A stretch of 10,179 nt of DNA from a virus (Duplodnaviria > Heunggongvirae > Uroviricota > Caudoviricetes): IMG/VR virus record IMGVR_UViG_2778261689_000005. One strand, 5' to 3'. This document shows positions 1-7,324 of the stretch, piece by piece. The first letter of the stretch is position 1. Every line of letters begins with the position of its first letter. Below the pieces are notes generated by a model. It ran no database searches. It was not told where the DNA came from and worked only from the letters and a program-made list of their open reading frames with translations. A program made the position numbers and the translations under genes.

Positions 1-1053
1 TTACGGGGTAATGCCAACCGCTGCCGCCACTTTGTCGCCACTTGGCAGCGTTGCCAGAGGATTGAAACGGAGCGCCGTTTCCAGATGATCCGGTGCCAGA
101 TGTGCGTAACGCATAGTCATTTTTATATCGTGGTGTCCGAGAATTTTTTGTAAGGCCAGAATGTTTCCACCCGACATCATGAAGTGCGCCGCAAACGTAT
201 GGCGCAGAACGTGTGTGAGTTGACCGCGAGGGAGCACGATAGACGTTTTTTCCATCACGGATAAAAATTGAAAATAGCAGTCTGTGAAGAAATTGAACCC
301 ATCAAGCGCCATGATCTCTTCGTAAAGCTCTTTACTGATAGGGATACTTCTGTTTTTCTTCCCCTTCGTTCTTACAAAGGTAATTCGGTATTTGGTCACC
401 TGTGAACGAGTAAGATTTACGGCTTCTCGCCAGCGTGCGCCTGTGCTTAAGCATATCTTAACTACCAGTGCTAGAATTGGGTCCTGACGTTTGCAATCAG
501 CCAGTAATTCAACAATCTGCTCATGGGTAAGCCATGCCATCTCTTTTTCTGCGATGGTGAATTTTCGCATGTTCTCCAGTGGGTTCGGATACGCCCATTC
601 GCCCAGACGGGATAGTTCGCTAAAAACACTACTTAGATAGCTTTGCTCCAGGTTAATGGTGACCGGGCTTGCTCCTTTCTTCCATTTCTCGCTGAAGTAG
701 ATCTCGCCTGTCAGGCGTTTATCTCGATAGTGGGCAAACATTTTAGAGGTGAGATCGGTTGCAAGAGGATTGCCCAGAGCGTCAACCATCAGCAGCAATT
801 TGTCATAGACATGCTGCCCAGCAGTCAGAGATTTACCATGTAGTTTGAACCATAGCTCAACCACGTCTTTCAGGGTTCGACGATCCACTGATTCGCCCAG
901 CCATGGCTTTGATTCGGTTTCTTCCATAGTGTGACGCTCAAAAGCCAGAGCTTCGCCTTTGGTGGCGAATTGTTTACGCACACGACGCCCACTTCGTCCG
1001 GCGGGGTAACATTCGCAAAGCCATTTCCCTGTGGTGAGTTTTCGTACTGCCAT
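1..1053 (-). CDS. int: P2/186-family tyrosine integrase (site-specific recombinase), about 350 aa
   Basis: Six-frame ORF 1..1209(-). Start placed at ATG 1051-1053 (minus) because the protein from there (MAVRKLTTGKW...GRRVRKQFATKGEALAFERHT) matches the N-terminus of P2 Int as I recall it, and GGAGGG lies about 7 nt upstream on the minus strand. C-terminal catalytic region has tyrosine-recombinase motifs (LSTGARWREA, HVLRHTFA, LGHHDIKMTMRYAH). The upstream 52 codons of the ORF are probably not translated. Confidence 0.9.
   Translation of the reverse strand: MAVRKLTTGKWLCECYPAGRSGRRVRKQFATKGEALAFERHTMEETESKPWLGESVDRRTLKDVVELWFKLHGKSLTAGQHVYDKLLLMVDALGNPLATDLTSKMFAHYRDKRLTGEIYFSEKWKKGASPVTINLEQSYLSSVFSELSRLGEWAYPNPLENMRKFTIAEKEMAWLTHEQIVELLADCKRQDPILALVVKICLSTGARWREAVNLTRSQVTKYRITFVRTKGKKNRSIPISKELYEEIMALDGFNFFTDCYFQFLSVMEKTSIVLPRGQLTHVLRHTFAAHFMMSGGNILALQKILGHHDIKMTMRYAHLAPDHLETALRFNPLATLPSGDKVAAAVGITP
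19..40. repeat. attL core candidate: 22-bp direct repeat CGCTGCCGCCACTTTGTCGCCA, inside the 3' end of int
   Basis: Matches 7325..7346 at 21 of 22 positions (C versus T at the 12th base). A match this long is not expected by chance in 10 kb. Flanking sequence on either side of the two copies is unrelated. Position (int 3' end on one side, just after the ogr stop on the other) is what a P2-like prophage boundary looks like. Confidence 0.6.
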
Positions 1054-1241
1054 AAAAAATGCCCTCCAGTAGAGAGCATTTTTACTGTATGTATAACCAG
1101 TGTCAATGTATGAAATCCTACGACCATACATCTCACTGAAGCCATAATGAAGTTGGCTATTCTTTTTGCTATGTGAGCATGTAACTTTTGCGGTTAACCT
1201 GCGGCTCATTTTTATTTTAGACGCAGATATAAAAGCAAAAG

Positions 1242-1433
1242 TTATCGTGAGTTTTTAGTACAGATTTTTTTGGATTTACTAATAGTTCCATCATTGCAAA
1301 CGAATTTGCCATCTGAGGTACAGTGAGAAACACCTCCCTTTTTCCCTGAGCAGGGATAATTTCTAGCATAGGTAGTTAGTGGGTTTAATAACAAAGAACA
1401 TGACAAAACCACAAAAAATACCTTACCAAGCAT
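1242..1433 (-). CDS. Small predicted secreted cysteine-rich, lysine-rich peptide (63 aa), unknown function; possible moron
   Basis: ORF with strong Shine-Dalgarno (GGGAGG about 5 nt upstream of ATG on the minus strand), beginning 15 nt after the cI stop and in the same frame and strand as cI. N-terminus [23 protein letters not shown] looks like a Sec signal peptide (positive n-region, hydrophobic core, TYA before a likely cleavage site). Mature part of about 40 aa has 4 Cys and many Lys. Local G+C is about 34% by my count over 1211..1440. No homolog recognised from memory. Confidence 0.45.
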   Translation of the reverse strand: MLGKVFFVVLSCSLLLNPLTTYARNYPCSGKKGGVSHCTSDGKFVCNDGTISKSKKICTKNSR

Positions 1434-1448
1434 AGTTTCCTCCCGGTA

Positions 1449-2018
1449 CTATTTAACATACTTGACTGTTAAACTTATAATTTTACCAATTATTTCAATG
1501 TCTTCTATCTTACATTCGAAGGCTCTGTTTCCACCCTCGACGAAGATTCTTCCACCGGGTAAACGAGTAATGTCACGGATCGTTACTTCGCCATCAATAC
1601 TTATTACCCATTTACCATCACGTATATCATCAAATTCTTTATCACAAATAAATTCAGAATTGTTATCTGTGATGACAAAAGGTTTTTTAAACGTAGAGGG
1701 TAAAAATCCCTTATCAAAAATATAAAAACCGTCTTCACGCAAGGCACCATCAGATAATACATATTTAGCAACTTCCATAGTATTTGTATTACCTGAAGTT
1801 TGCTTTGAACCATGTCCGGTTGTGAGCCAATTAAGCGAGGTGCCCGTTTCAAGGGCGCACTGGATTACCCATTCTGCTGGGAATGAGTCACGCATGTAGC
1901 GTGTGGCGAGTGTACTTTTAGAGATTCCTAAATGATCGCACAACGCCTGTCGAGTTTTGAATCCATAAGCTTCTACCATGCGCTCTATAGCGCCTCGTCC
2001 GCCTTTCTCCAAATTCAT
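1449..2018 (-). CDS. cI: Phage 186-type CI immunity repressor, about 189 aa
   Basis: Six-frame ORF 1449..2024(-) begins at GTG; the ATG two codons in (2016-2018) with GGAG about 5 nt upstream is the likelier start. Motifs EAYGF, ALETG..L.WL.TG.G, RLPGG and FEC.I.DI match what I recall of 186 CI. Divergent from the apl-cII operon, as in 186. Confidence 0.85.
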   Translation of the reverse strand: MNLEKGGRGAIERMVEAYGFKTRQALCDHLGISKSTLATRYMRDSFPAEWVIQCALETGTSLNWLTTGHGSKQTSGNTNTMEVAKYVLSDGALREDGFYIFDKGFLPSTFKKPFVITDNNSEFICDKEFDDIRDGKWVISIDGEVTIRDITRLPGGRIFVEGGNRAFECKIEDIEIIGKIISLTVKYVK

Positions 2019-2042
2019 GGTCACTCCAAGTGAACTTTTATC

Positions 2043-2071
2043 TTGACGATTTCATTGTGCGATCGTATGTT
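2043..2071 (+). promoter_or_regulatory. Candidate rightward early/lytic promoter (pR-like): TTGACG, 17-bp spacer, TATGTT
   Basis: -35 TTGACG at 2043-2048 and -10 TATGTT at 2066-2071 with a 17-nt spacer, in the 125-bp region between divergent cI and apl. Flanked by inverted hexamers GTGAAC (2030-2035) and GTTCAC (2078-2083) that could be operator half-sites. A GATC lies in the spacer (2062-2065). Leftward pL could not be placed with confidence. Confidence 0.4.
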
Positions 2072-2143
2072 TATGGTGTTCACAAAATACAAACGATCCG
2101 TATTCGTCCTGATTAATCATCATTAAACGAGGAATGTTGCATC

Positions 2144-2365
2144 ATGAGACCTAACATTTCAATCACTCTTACCACGCCTCATGTGACTATTGAGCGCTAT
2201 AGCGAGCTGACAGGGCTGTCCATCGATACCATCAATGACATGTTGGCTGACGGACGCCTTATCCGTCACCGTTTGCGCAAAGATAAAAAACGCGAAAAAG
2301 TGATGATCAACATAGCAGCCATGACCGTTGATGCGCTTTCAGAATGCAATCTAAACCTTAATTAG
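2144..2365 (+). CDS. Apl/Cox-like helix-turn-helix excisionase and switch regulator, 73 aa
   Basis: First gene of the rightward operon, GAGGAA about 9 nt upstream of ATG. HTH-like segment [25 protein letters not shown] and overall size and position match P2 Cox / 186 Apl. Confidence 0.7.
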   Translation: MRPNISITLTTPHVTIERYSELTGLSIDTINDMLADGRLIRHRLRKDKKREKVMINIAAMTVDALSECNLNLN

Positions 2366-2397
2366 TTCGATTCTGAAATACATCAGAGGCATTGACC

Positions 2398-2907
2398 ATG
2401 TTTGATTACCAAGTTTCCAAACATCCACATTTTGATGAAGCCTGTCGTGCATTTGCACTGCGCCACAATCTGGTGCAACTGGCAGAACGTGCAGGCATGA
2501 ATGTGCAGATTCTGCGGAACAAGCTGAACCCAGCTCAGCCTCATCTATTAACCGCACCAGAAATCTGGCTGCTTACCGATCTGACTGAAGATTCAACGCT
2601 GGTAGATGGTTTTCTGGCACAGATTCATTGTCTGCCATGTGTACCGATTAATGAGGTGGCAAAAGAGAAACTGTCACATTACGTCATGAGTGCAACCGCA
2701 GAGATCGGGCGTGTTGCTGCAGGTGCGGTATCTGGCGATGTAAAAACCAGTGCAGGTCGTCGTGATGCTATCAGCAGCATTAACTCTGTAACACGACTGA
2801 TGGCGTTGGCTGCTGTTTCATTGCAGGGCCGTTTACAGGCTAACCCTGCGATGGCGAGTGCAGTTGATACCGTGACCGGACTCGGTGCTTCATTCGGTTT
2901 GCTGTGA
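2398..2907 (+). CDS. cII: Phage 186-type CII regulatory protein, about 169 aa
   Basis: Six-frame ORF 2392..2907 starts at TTG; ATG at 2398 gives [20 protein letters not shown]..., which matches the 186 CII N-terminus as I recall it. AGAGG about 8 nt upstream. Confidence 0.85.
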   Translation: MFDYQVSKHPHFDEACRAFALRHNLVQLAERAGMNVQILRNKLNPAQPHLLTAPEIWLLTDLTEDSTLVDGFLAQIHCLPCVPINEVAKEKLSHYVMSATAEIGRVAAGAVSGDVKTSAGRRDAISSINSVTRLMALAAVSLQGRLQANPAMASAVDTVTGLGASFGLL

Positions 2908-2914
2908 GGTGCTT

Positions 2915-3211
2915 ATGCTGACGAAAGAACCATCATTTGCATCGCTGCTGGTAAAGCAAAGCCCGGCAATGCACTACGGTCACGGCTGGATCATGGGTGA
3001 GGATGGAAAACGCTGGCATCCATGTCATTCACAAGATGAATTGCTGTCTGAATTGACCACGAGGAAACGGAGAAAGTCAAAATGTATGCAGCGGAAAGTG
3101 AAGTGGTTTATCAGTTTTGTTACAGAGGGGAGAGTTATTCAGTACCTGAAGATGATTTGCTCTGTTGTTATCCGTCGTTGTCGGGCGATGGCAGTTACTT
3201 TTTCACGCTAA
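2915..3211 (+). CDS. Small early-region protein (98 aa as open), possibly Fil-like; 3' portion uncertain
   Basis: ATG 2915 with GAGGT about 4 nt upstream, immediately after the cII stop. N-terminal half (MLTKEPSFASLLVKQSPAMHYGHGWIMGEDGKRWHPCHSQDELLSELTT) is protein-like. The C-terminal 43 codons overlap the next ORF in another frame and look low-complexity. Confidence 0.45.
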   Translation: MLTKEPSFASLLVKQSPAMHYGHGWIMGEDGKRWHPCHSQDELLSELTTRKRRKSKCMQRKVKWFISFVTEGRVIQYLKMICSVVIRRCRAMAVTFSR

Positions 3212-3306
3212 AGGATGGGACGTTTTTACGGGGAGAGCAGGTTAAAGAGATGGTACGAAAAAATGTATCTCCCCTTGAGCGTTACCGTAAGAACAAAGAA
3301 CGATAG
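3082..3306 (+). CDS. Hypothetical early-region protein, 74 aa
   Basis: ATG 3082 with GGAG about 9 nt upstream. Protein-like composition. Overlaps the 3' end of the preceding ORF by 130 nt in a different frame. Confidence 0.4.
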   Translation: MYAAESEVVYQFCYRGESYSVPEDDLLCCYPSLSGDGSYFFTLKDGTFLRGEQVKEMVRKNVSPLERYRKNKER

Positions 3307-3328
3307 GTGCGTTTGGGGGATATGAAGT

Positions 3329-3670
3329 ATGGCAATTAATGGCGCTGCGGCGACTGTTCCATTAAGCCCCGGAGAACGCCTGAATGGACTTAATCACATT
3401 GCGGAATTAAGGGCGAAAGTATTTGGCCTGAATATTGAGTCAGAGCTTGAGCGGTTTATTAAAGATATGCGTGATCCACGGGATATCAATAACGAACAAA
3501 ATAAACGGGCACTGGCTGCCATATTCTTTATGGCAAAAATTCCAGCTGAACGTCATAGCATCAGCATTAATGAGCTGACCACTGACGAAAAGCGGGAGTT
3601 GATTAAAGCAATGAATCATTTTCGTGCAGTGGTGAGCTTATTTCCCAGACGGCTAACCATGCCGAATTAA
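3329..3670 (+). CDS. Hypothetical early-region protein, 113 aa
   Basis: ATG 3329 with GGGGGA about 8 nt upstream. Balanced, charged, helical-looking sequence with no internal low-complexity. Same strand and operon context as cII and dam. Confidence 0.6.
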   Translation: MAINGAAATVPLSPGERLNGLNHIAELRAKVFGLNIESELERFIKDMRDPRDINNEQNKRALAAIFFMAKIPAERHSISINELTTDEKRELIKAMNHFRAVVSLFPRRLTMPN

Positions 3671-3737
3671 CCAACCAATGAAATTAATGGCGTAAACCCG
3701 CCGGGCATCCCTTTATCTAAATTCAGGAGAATTGATT

Positions 3738-3971
3738 ATGCGTAATATTGAAACCCTCTCGACCAAAACCGGACCGGATGACGCAGGGCTTAATATTTTA
3801 CTGACAGAGGCTCGTCTGGAAGAACGCCGGGCAAGGGCTGAAGCAATGGCAGCTCGCCTTGATAGCCTGGCGTGTCATATCACATCCCGCCAGCTAACCC
3901 ACGTCGAAGCGGCAGAACTGCTTCGTGTGACTGCTGAAGCAATCCAGAACGAAGCGCAGGAGATCCACTAA
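3738..3971 (+). CDS. Hypothetical early-region protein, 77 aa (resembles a conserved P2-like early protein, possibly DUF2732-like; family name from memory only)
   Basis: Six-frame ORF 3732..3971 starts at TTG; ATG 3738 with AGGAGA about 7 nt upstream is preferred. Stop TAA overlaps the start of the next gene (TAATG at 3969-3973). Confidence 0.6.
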   Translation: MRNIETLSTKTGPDDAGLNILLTEARLEERRARAEAMAARLDSLACHITSRQLTHVEAAELLRVTAEAIQNEAQEIH

Positions 3972-4198
3972 TGGCTGATGCAATGGATCTCGTACAGCAG
4001 CGCGTTGAAGAAGAACGCCAACGCCATATCCGTGCTGCCCGTGCCAAAACGCCGGGCGTGTCCCGCGTGCTTTGCATTGAGTGTGAAGCGCCAATTCCGC
4101 CAGCACGCCGCCGTGCCATTCCGGGTGTGCAGCTTTGCATTACCTGTCAGGAAATCGCAGAGCTGAAAGGCAAACATTACAACGGAGGTGCTGTATGA
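3971..4198 (+). CDS. TraR/DksA-family C4 zinc-finger protein, 75 aa
   Basis: CxxC...17 residues...CxxC arrangement (CIECEAPIPPARRRAIPGVQLCITCQ) and size typical of TraR-like proteins of F plasmid and P2-like phages. AGGAGA about 8 nt upstream. Start overlaps the upstream stop and the stop overlaps the dam start. Confidence 0.8.
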   Translation: MADAMDLVQQRVEEERQRHIRAARAKTPGVSRVLCIECEAPIPPARRRAIPGVQLCITCQEIAELKGKHYNGGAV

Positions 4199-5052
4199 GC
4201 ACCATCCTGAAATGGGCGGGAAATAAAACTGCCATAATGTCCGAACTGAAAAAACATCTTCCTGCTGGCCCGCGACTGGTTGAACCTTTCGCGGGTTCCT
4301 GTGCTGTGATGATGGAGACGGATTATCCCAGCTATCTGGTTGCGGATATTAATCCTGATTTAATCAACCTCTATAAAAAGGTTGCCGCTGATTGTGAATC
4401 GTTTATATCTCGCGCCAGAGTTTTATTTGAGATCGCAAACAGGGAGGTGGCTTATTACAACATAAGGCAGGAGTTTAATTACTCAACTGAAATTACTGAT
4501 TTCATGAAAGCGGTATATTTCCTGTATCTCAATCGTCACGGTTACCGTGGTTTATGTCGCTATAACAAGAGCGGGCATTTCAACATTCCCTACGGTAATT
4601 ATAAAAATCCGTATTTCCCTGAAAAAGAAATTCGCGCATTTGCAGAAAAGGCCCAGCGAGCAACGTTTATCTGCGCCAGCTTTGATGAAACGCTGGCGAT
4701 GTTGAAGGCGGGGGATGTGGTGTATTGCGATCCGCCGTATGACGGTACGTTTTCCGGCTATCACACTGACGGCTTCACTGAAGATGACCAGTATCACCTG
4801 GCATCTGTTCTTGAACATCGGTCATCAGAAGGACATCCGGTCATTGTTTCTAACAGTGACACATCCCTGATCCGTTCGCTGTATCGCAATTTTACTCACC
4901 ACTACATCAAGGCAAAACGCAGCATCGGTGTGGCAGCTGGCGAGGGTAAATCAGCAACAGAAATCATTGCTGTTTCCGGGCCGCGCTGCTGGGTGGGATT
5001 TGATTATTCGCGTGGCGTGGATAGTTCTGCCGTGTACGGAGTACGTGCATGA
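4195..5052 (+). CDS. dam: Dam-family DNA N6-adenine methyltransferase, about 285 aa
   Basis: Six-frame ORF 4135..5052; start placed at ATG 4195 (GGAGG about 5 nt upstream, ATGA overlap with the upstream stop). N-terminal LKWAGNK, SAM-binding-like EPFAGSCAV and catalytic DPPY motifs in the order seen in Dam-family enzymes. Confidence 0.9.
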   Translation: MSTILKWAGNKTAIMSELKKHLPAGPRLVEPFAGSCAVMMETDYPSYLVADINPDLINLYKKVAADCESFISRARVLFEIANREVAYYNIRQEFNYSTEITDFMKAVYFLYLNRHGYRGLCRYNKSGHFNIPYGNYKNPYFPEKEIRAFAEKAQRATFICASFDETLAMLKAGDVVYCDPPYDGTFSGYHTDGFTEDDQYHLASVLEHRSSEGHPVIVSNSDTSLIRSLYRNFTHHYIKAKRSIGVAAGEGKSATEIIAVSGPRCWVGFDYSRGVDSSAVYGVRA

Positions 5053-6308
5053 GTCATGCCGATATGAACAACTGCTGCGGCTTTAACGAAGCTGCCGCAT
5101 CGTTCTCATGGAACAGCCCGAAAAAGGCCATTAACCCTTATCTGGACCCGGTGGAAGTTGCGCCGGTTTCTACGCTTTCAAACCTGATCACTCTGTACGC
5201 TGCCGATAACGAGCAGGAACAGCTGCGCCGTGAGGCGCTGAGTGATCAGGTCTGGGAGCGTTATTTCTTTAATGAATCCCGTGATCCTGTCCAGCGCGAA
5301 ATGGAACAGGATAAGCTCATTAGTCGGGCAAAGCTGGCGCATGAGCAGCAGCGTTTTAATCCGAATATGGTCATTCTGGCGGACGTCAACGCCCAGCCTT
5401 CCCATATCAGCAAGCCGCTGATGCAACGTATTGAATACTTCAGCAGCCTGGGCAGGCCAAAGGCTTATTCCCGCTATTTACGTGAGACGATTAAGCCATG
5501 TCTGGAACGACTGGAGCATGTACGCGACAGTCAGCTATCTGCATCTTTTCGCTTTATGGCAAGCCATGAAGGGCTGGACGGCCTGCTGATCCTGCCTGAA
5601 ATGAGTCAGGATCAGGTGAAACGCCTGTCCACCCTGGTAGCTGCGCATATGAGTATGTGCCTTGATGCCGCTTGTGGCGATTTGTATGCCACCGATGACG
5701 TTAAGCCAGAAGAAATCCGCAATACATGGGAAAGGGTGGCAGCGGAAACCCTGCGTCTGGATGTCATCCCGCCTGCGTTTGAGCAACTCCGTCGGAAAAG
5801 AAACCGCCGTAAACCCGTGCCCTATGAACTCATTCCGGGTTCGCTGGCGCGTATGTTGTGCGCCGACTGGTGGTATCGGAAATTATGGAAGATGCGTTGC
5901 GAATGGCGGGAAGAGCAGTTGCGTGCAGTCTGCCTTGTCAGCAAAAAAGCATCTCCTTATGTCAGCTATGAAGCCGTGATGCATAAACGTGAGCAGCGCC
6001 GTAAGTCGCTGGAGTTTTTCCGTTCTCATGAACTGGTGAACGAAGACGGCGACACGCTGGACATGGAGGATGTGGTAAACGCCAGCAGCAGCAACCCAGC
6101 GCATCGCCGCAATGAGATGATGGCCTGTGTTAAAGGTCTGGAGCTTATCGCGGAAATGCGCGGTGACTGCGCCGTTTTCTACACCATCACCTGTCCGTCA
6201 CGTTTCCATTCCACGCTAAATAACGGCAGGCCCAACCCAACCTGGACAAATGCGACGGTACCCGCCGTGAAAAATCGTGGCATAAGACCACCGTCGGGGA
6301 AGTGGTGA
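5049..6308 (+). pseudogene. A: Truncated replication initiation gene A (P2 gpA family); N-terminal ~395 codons retained, catalytic domain missing
   Basis: ATGA overlap with the dam stop; GGAG about 7 nt upstream. Internal segments ([35 protein letters not shown]) align with the N-terminal half of P2 gpA as I recall it. The frame ends at 6306-6308 before the region that would carry the metal-binding histidines and active-site tyrosines. The last ~22 codons read gene D sequence out of frame. Confidence 0.8.
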
Positions 6309-7015
6309 AGGAAATAGCCGCGCGGCACAAGCTGAAGATGGCACTGGGTAAAGACCTGTCGGATAAGCCCGTGGAGCATATAGACCAGACTAATGAGAGT
6401 GACGGCAGTTTTCTGATGCGGCTGGCGCGACAGTACGGTGCCATCGCGTCGGTGAAAAATGGCAATCTGTTATTCATCCGGCAGGGGCAGGGCAAAAGCG
6501 CCACTGGTAAACCTCTGCCAGTGATCACTATCACACGCAAGGACGGCGACAGTCACCGATTTACCCTGGCAGATCGCGGAGCCTACACGGGCGTAATTGC
6601 CAGCTGGTTGCATACCCGCGAACCTGCGAAGAAAGAAAGCACCACGGTGAAGCGTAAGCGCAGAACTAAGAAGCAGAAGAAAGAGCCAGAAGCGAAGCAG
6701 GGCGATTATCTGGTGGGTACGGATGAAAACGTGCTGGTACTTAATCGCACTTATGCCAACCGGAGCAACGCCGAACGAGCGGCGAAAATGCAGTGGGAAC
6801 GCCTGCAACGCGGCGTTGCGTCATTTTCGCTACAACTGGCAGAAGGGCGGGCAGATCTCTACACGGAAATGCCTGTGAAGGTCAGTGGTTTTAAACAGCC
6901 GATAGATGATGTGGAATGGACCATTACGACTCTGACGCATACCGTCAGCCCGGATAACGGTTTTACGACCAGTCTGGAGCTTGAAGTGAGGATTGATGAT
7001 TTCGAAATGGAATGA
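6224..7015 (+). pseudogene. D: 3' fragment of tail gene D (P2 gpD family), about the C-terminal 250 codons, lacking its own 5' part
   Basis: Open frame from the stop at 6221-6223 to TGA 7013-7015; first in-frame start is GTG 6302. Segments SWHKTT, ESDGSFLMRLAR, SVKNGNLLF, ADRGAYTGV, GRADLYTEMPVKVSGFK and GFTTSLELEV are characteristic of gpD. Similarity appears to begin near 6255-6265, directly after gene A similarity ends, in a different frame. Confidence 0.75.
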
Positions 7016-7039
7016 TTCTTCGCAATGGAGAACTTTTAA

Positions 7040-7071
7040 GTTTGCAAAATGGAATAATGCGGTATCATTAT
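7040..7071 (+). promoter_or_regulatory. Possible ogr promoter (TTGCAA, 18-bp spacer, CATTAT)
   Basis: Hexamers at 7042-7047 and 7066-7071 upstream of ogr. Weak match; listed only as a candidate. Confidence 0.25.
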
Positions 7072-7105
7072 TGTGAATTTAGCAAAAATGGGGAGAACTC
7101 GAAAA

Positions 7106-7324
7106 ATGATGATTTGCCCACTGTGTGGAAGTGCAGCCCATACTCGCAGCAGTTTTCAGGTATCTTCATTGACCAAAGAGCGTTACAACCAGTGCCAGAA
7201 CATTAACTGCAGCCATACTTTTGTTACCCATGAAACTTTTGTTCGTTCGATTGCAACGCCAAAAGAGTCAAATCCGGTTCAGCCGCATCCAATGAAATCA
7301 GGACAGGTGGCGCTCTCTCTTTGA
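7106..7324 (+). CDS. ogr: Ogr-family zinc-finger late-gene transcriptional activator, 72 aa
   Basis: Six-frame ORF 7073..7324; start placed at ATG 7106 (GGGGAG about 9 nt upstream), giving MMICPLCGSAAHTRSS...KERYNQCQNINCSHTF..., which parallels P2 Ogr including the four zinc-ligand cysteines. Size matches Ogr. Confidence 0.85.
   Translation: MMICPLCGSAAHTRSSFQVSSLTKERYNQCQNINCSHTFVTHETFVRSIATPKESNPVQPHPMKSGQVALSL

Noticed and set aside
19-40. tRNA gene as the integration target
   Set aside because: Neither strand of the core or its flanks shows a T-loop-like GTTCRANYC element or an acceptor-stem/CCA arrangement; the site appears to be non-tRNA, probably intergenic DNA beyond the ybjL terminator.
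643-1145. Six-frame ORFs 643..843(+), 870..1145(-) and 931..1113(+) inside or antisense to int
   Set aside because: Fully embedded in the well-supported integrase gene, lacking ribosome-binding sites, with low-complexity translations; treated as frame artefacts.
1242-1433. Lipoprotein or Hok-like type I toxin interpretation of the small cI-int ORF
   Set aside because: The only lipobox-like Cys is at residue 12, too close to the N-terminus for a signal peptidase II site, and there is no resemblance to Hok/Gef family sequences; an ordinary Sec signal peptide fits better.
1462-1852. ORFs 1462..1725(+) and 1604..1852(-) overlapping cI
   Set aside because: Antisense or out of frame to the CI repressor gene, which has strong similarity support; no start signals.
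3880-4177. ORFs 3880..4140(-), 3894..4106(-), 3968..4177(-) and 3978..4166(+) across the TraR-like gene
   Set aside because: Arg/Ala-rich translations typical of wrong-frame reading of GC-rich coding sequence; the sense-strand genes here are tightly coupled and leave no room.
5178-6808. Minus-strand and alternate-frame ORFs within the A and D fragments (5178..5426, 5535..5786, 5662..5979, 5883..6104, 6179..6379, 6187..6540, 6470..6808)
   Set aside because: All overlap regions whose plus-strand frames carry recognisable gpA or gpD similarity; none has a convincing ribosome-binding site.
5049-7015. An in-frame A-D fusion protein
   Set aside because: The A fragment is in frame 0 and the D fragment in frame 2; A terminates at 6306-6308 after reading about 22 codons of D sequence out of frame, so no chimeric protein with D identity is encoded.
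7012-7206. ORF 7012..7206(+) overlapping the start of ogr
   Set aside because: Out of frame with ogr and running through its zinc-finger coding region; ogr is the supported gene here.
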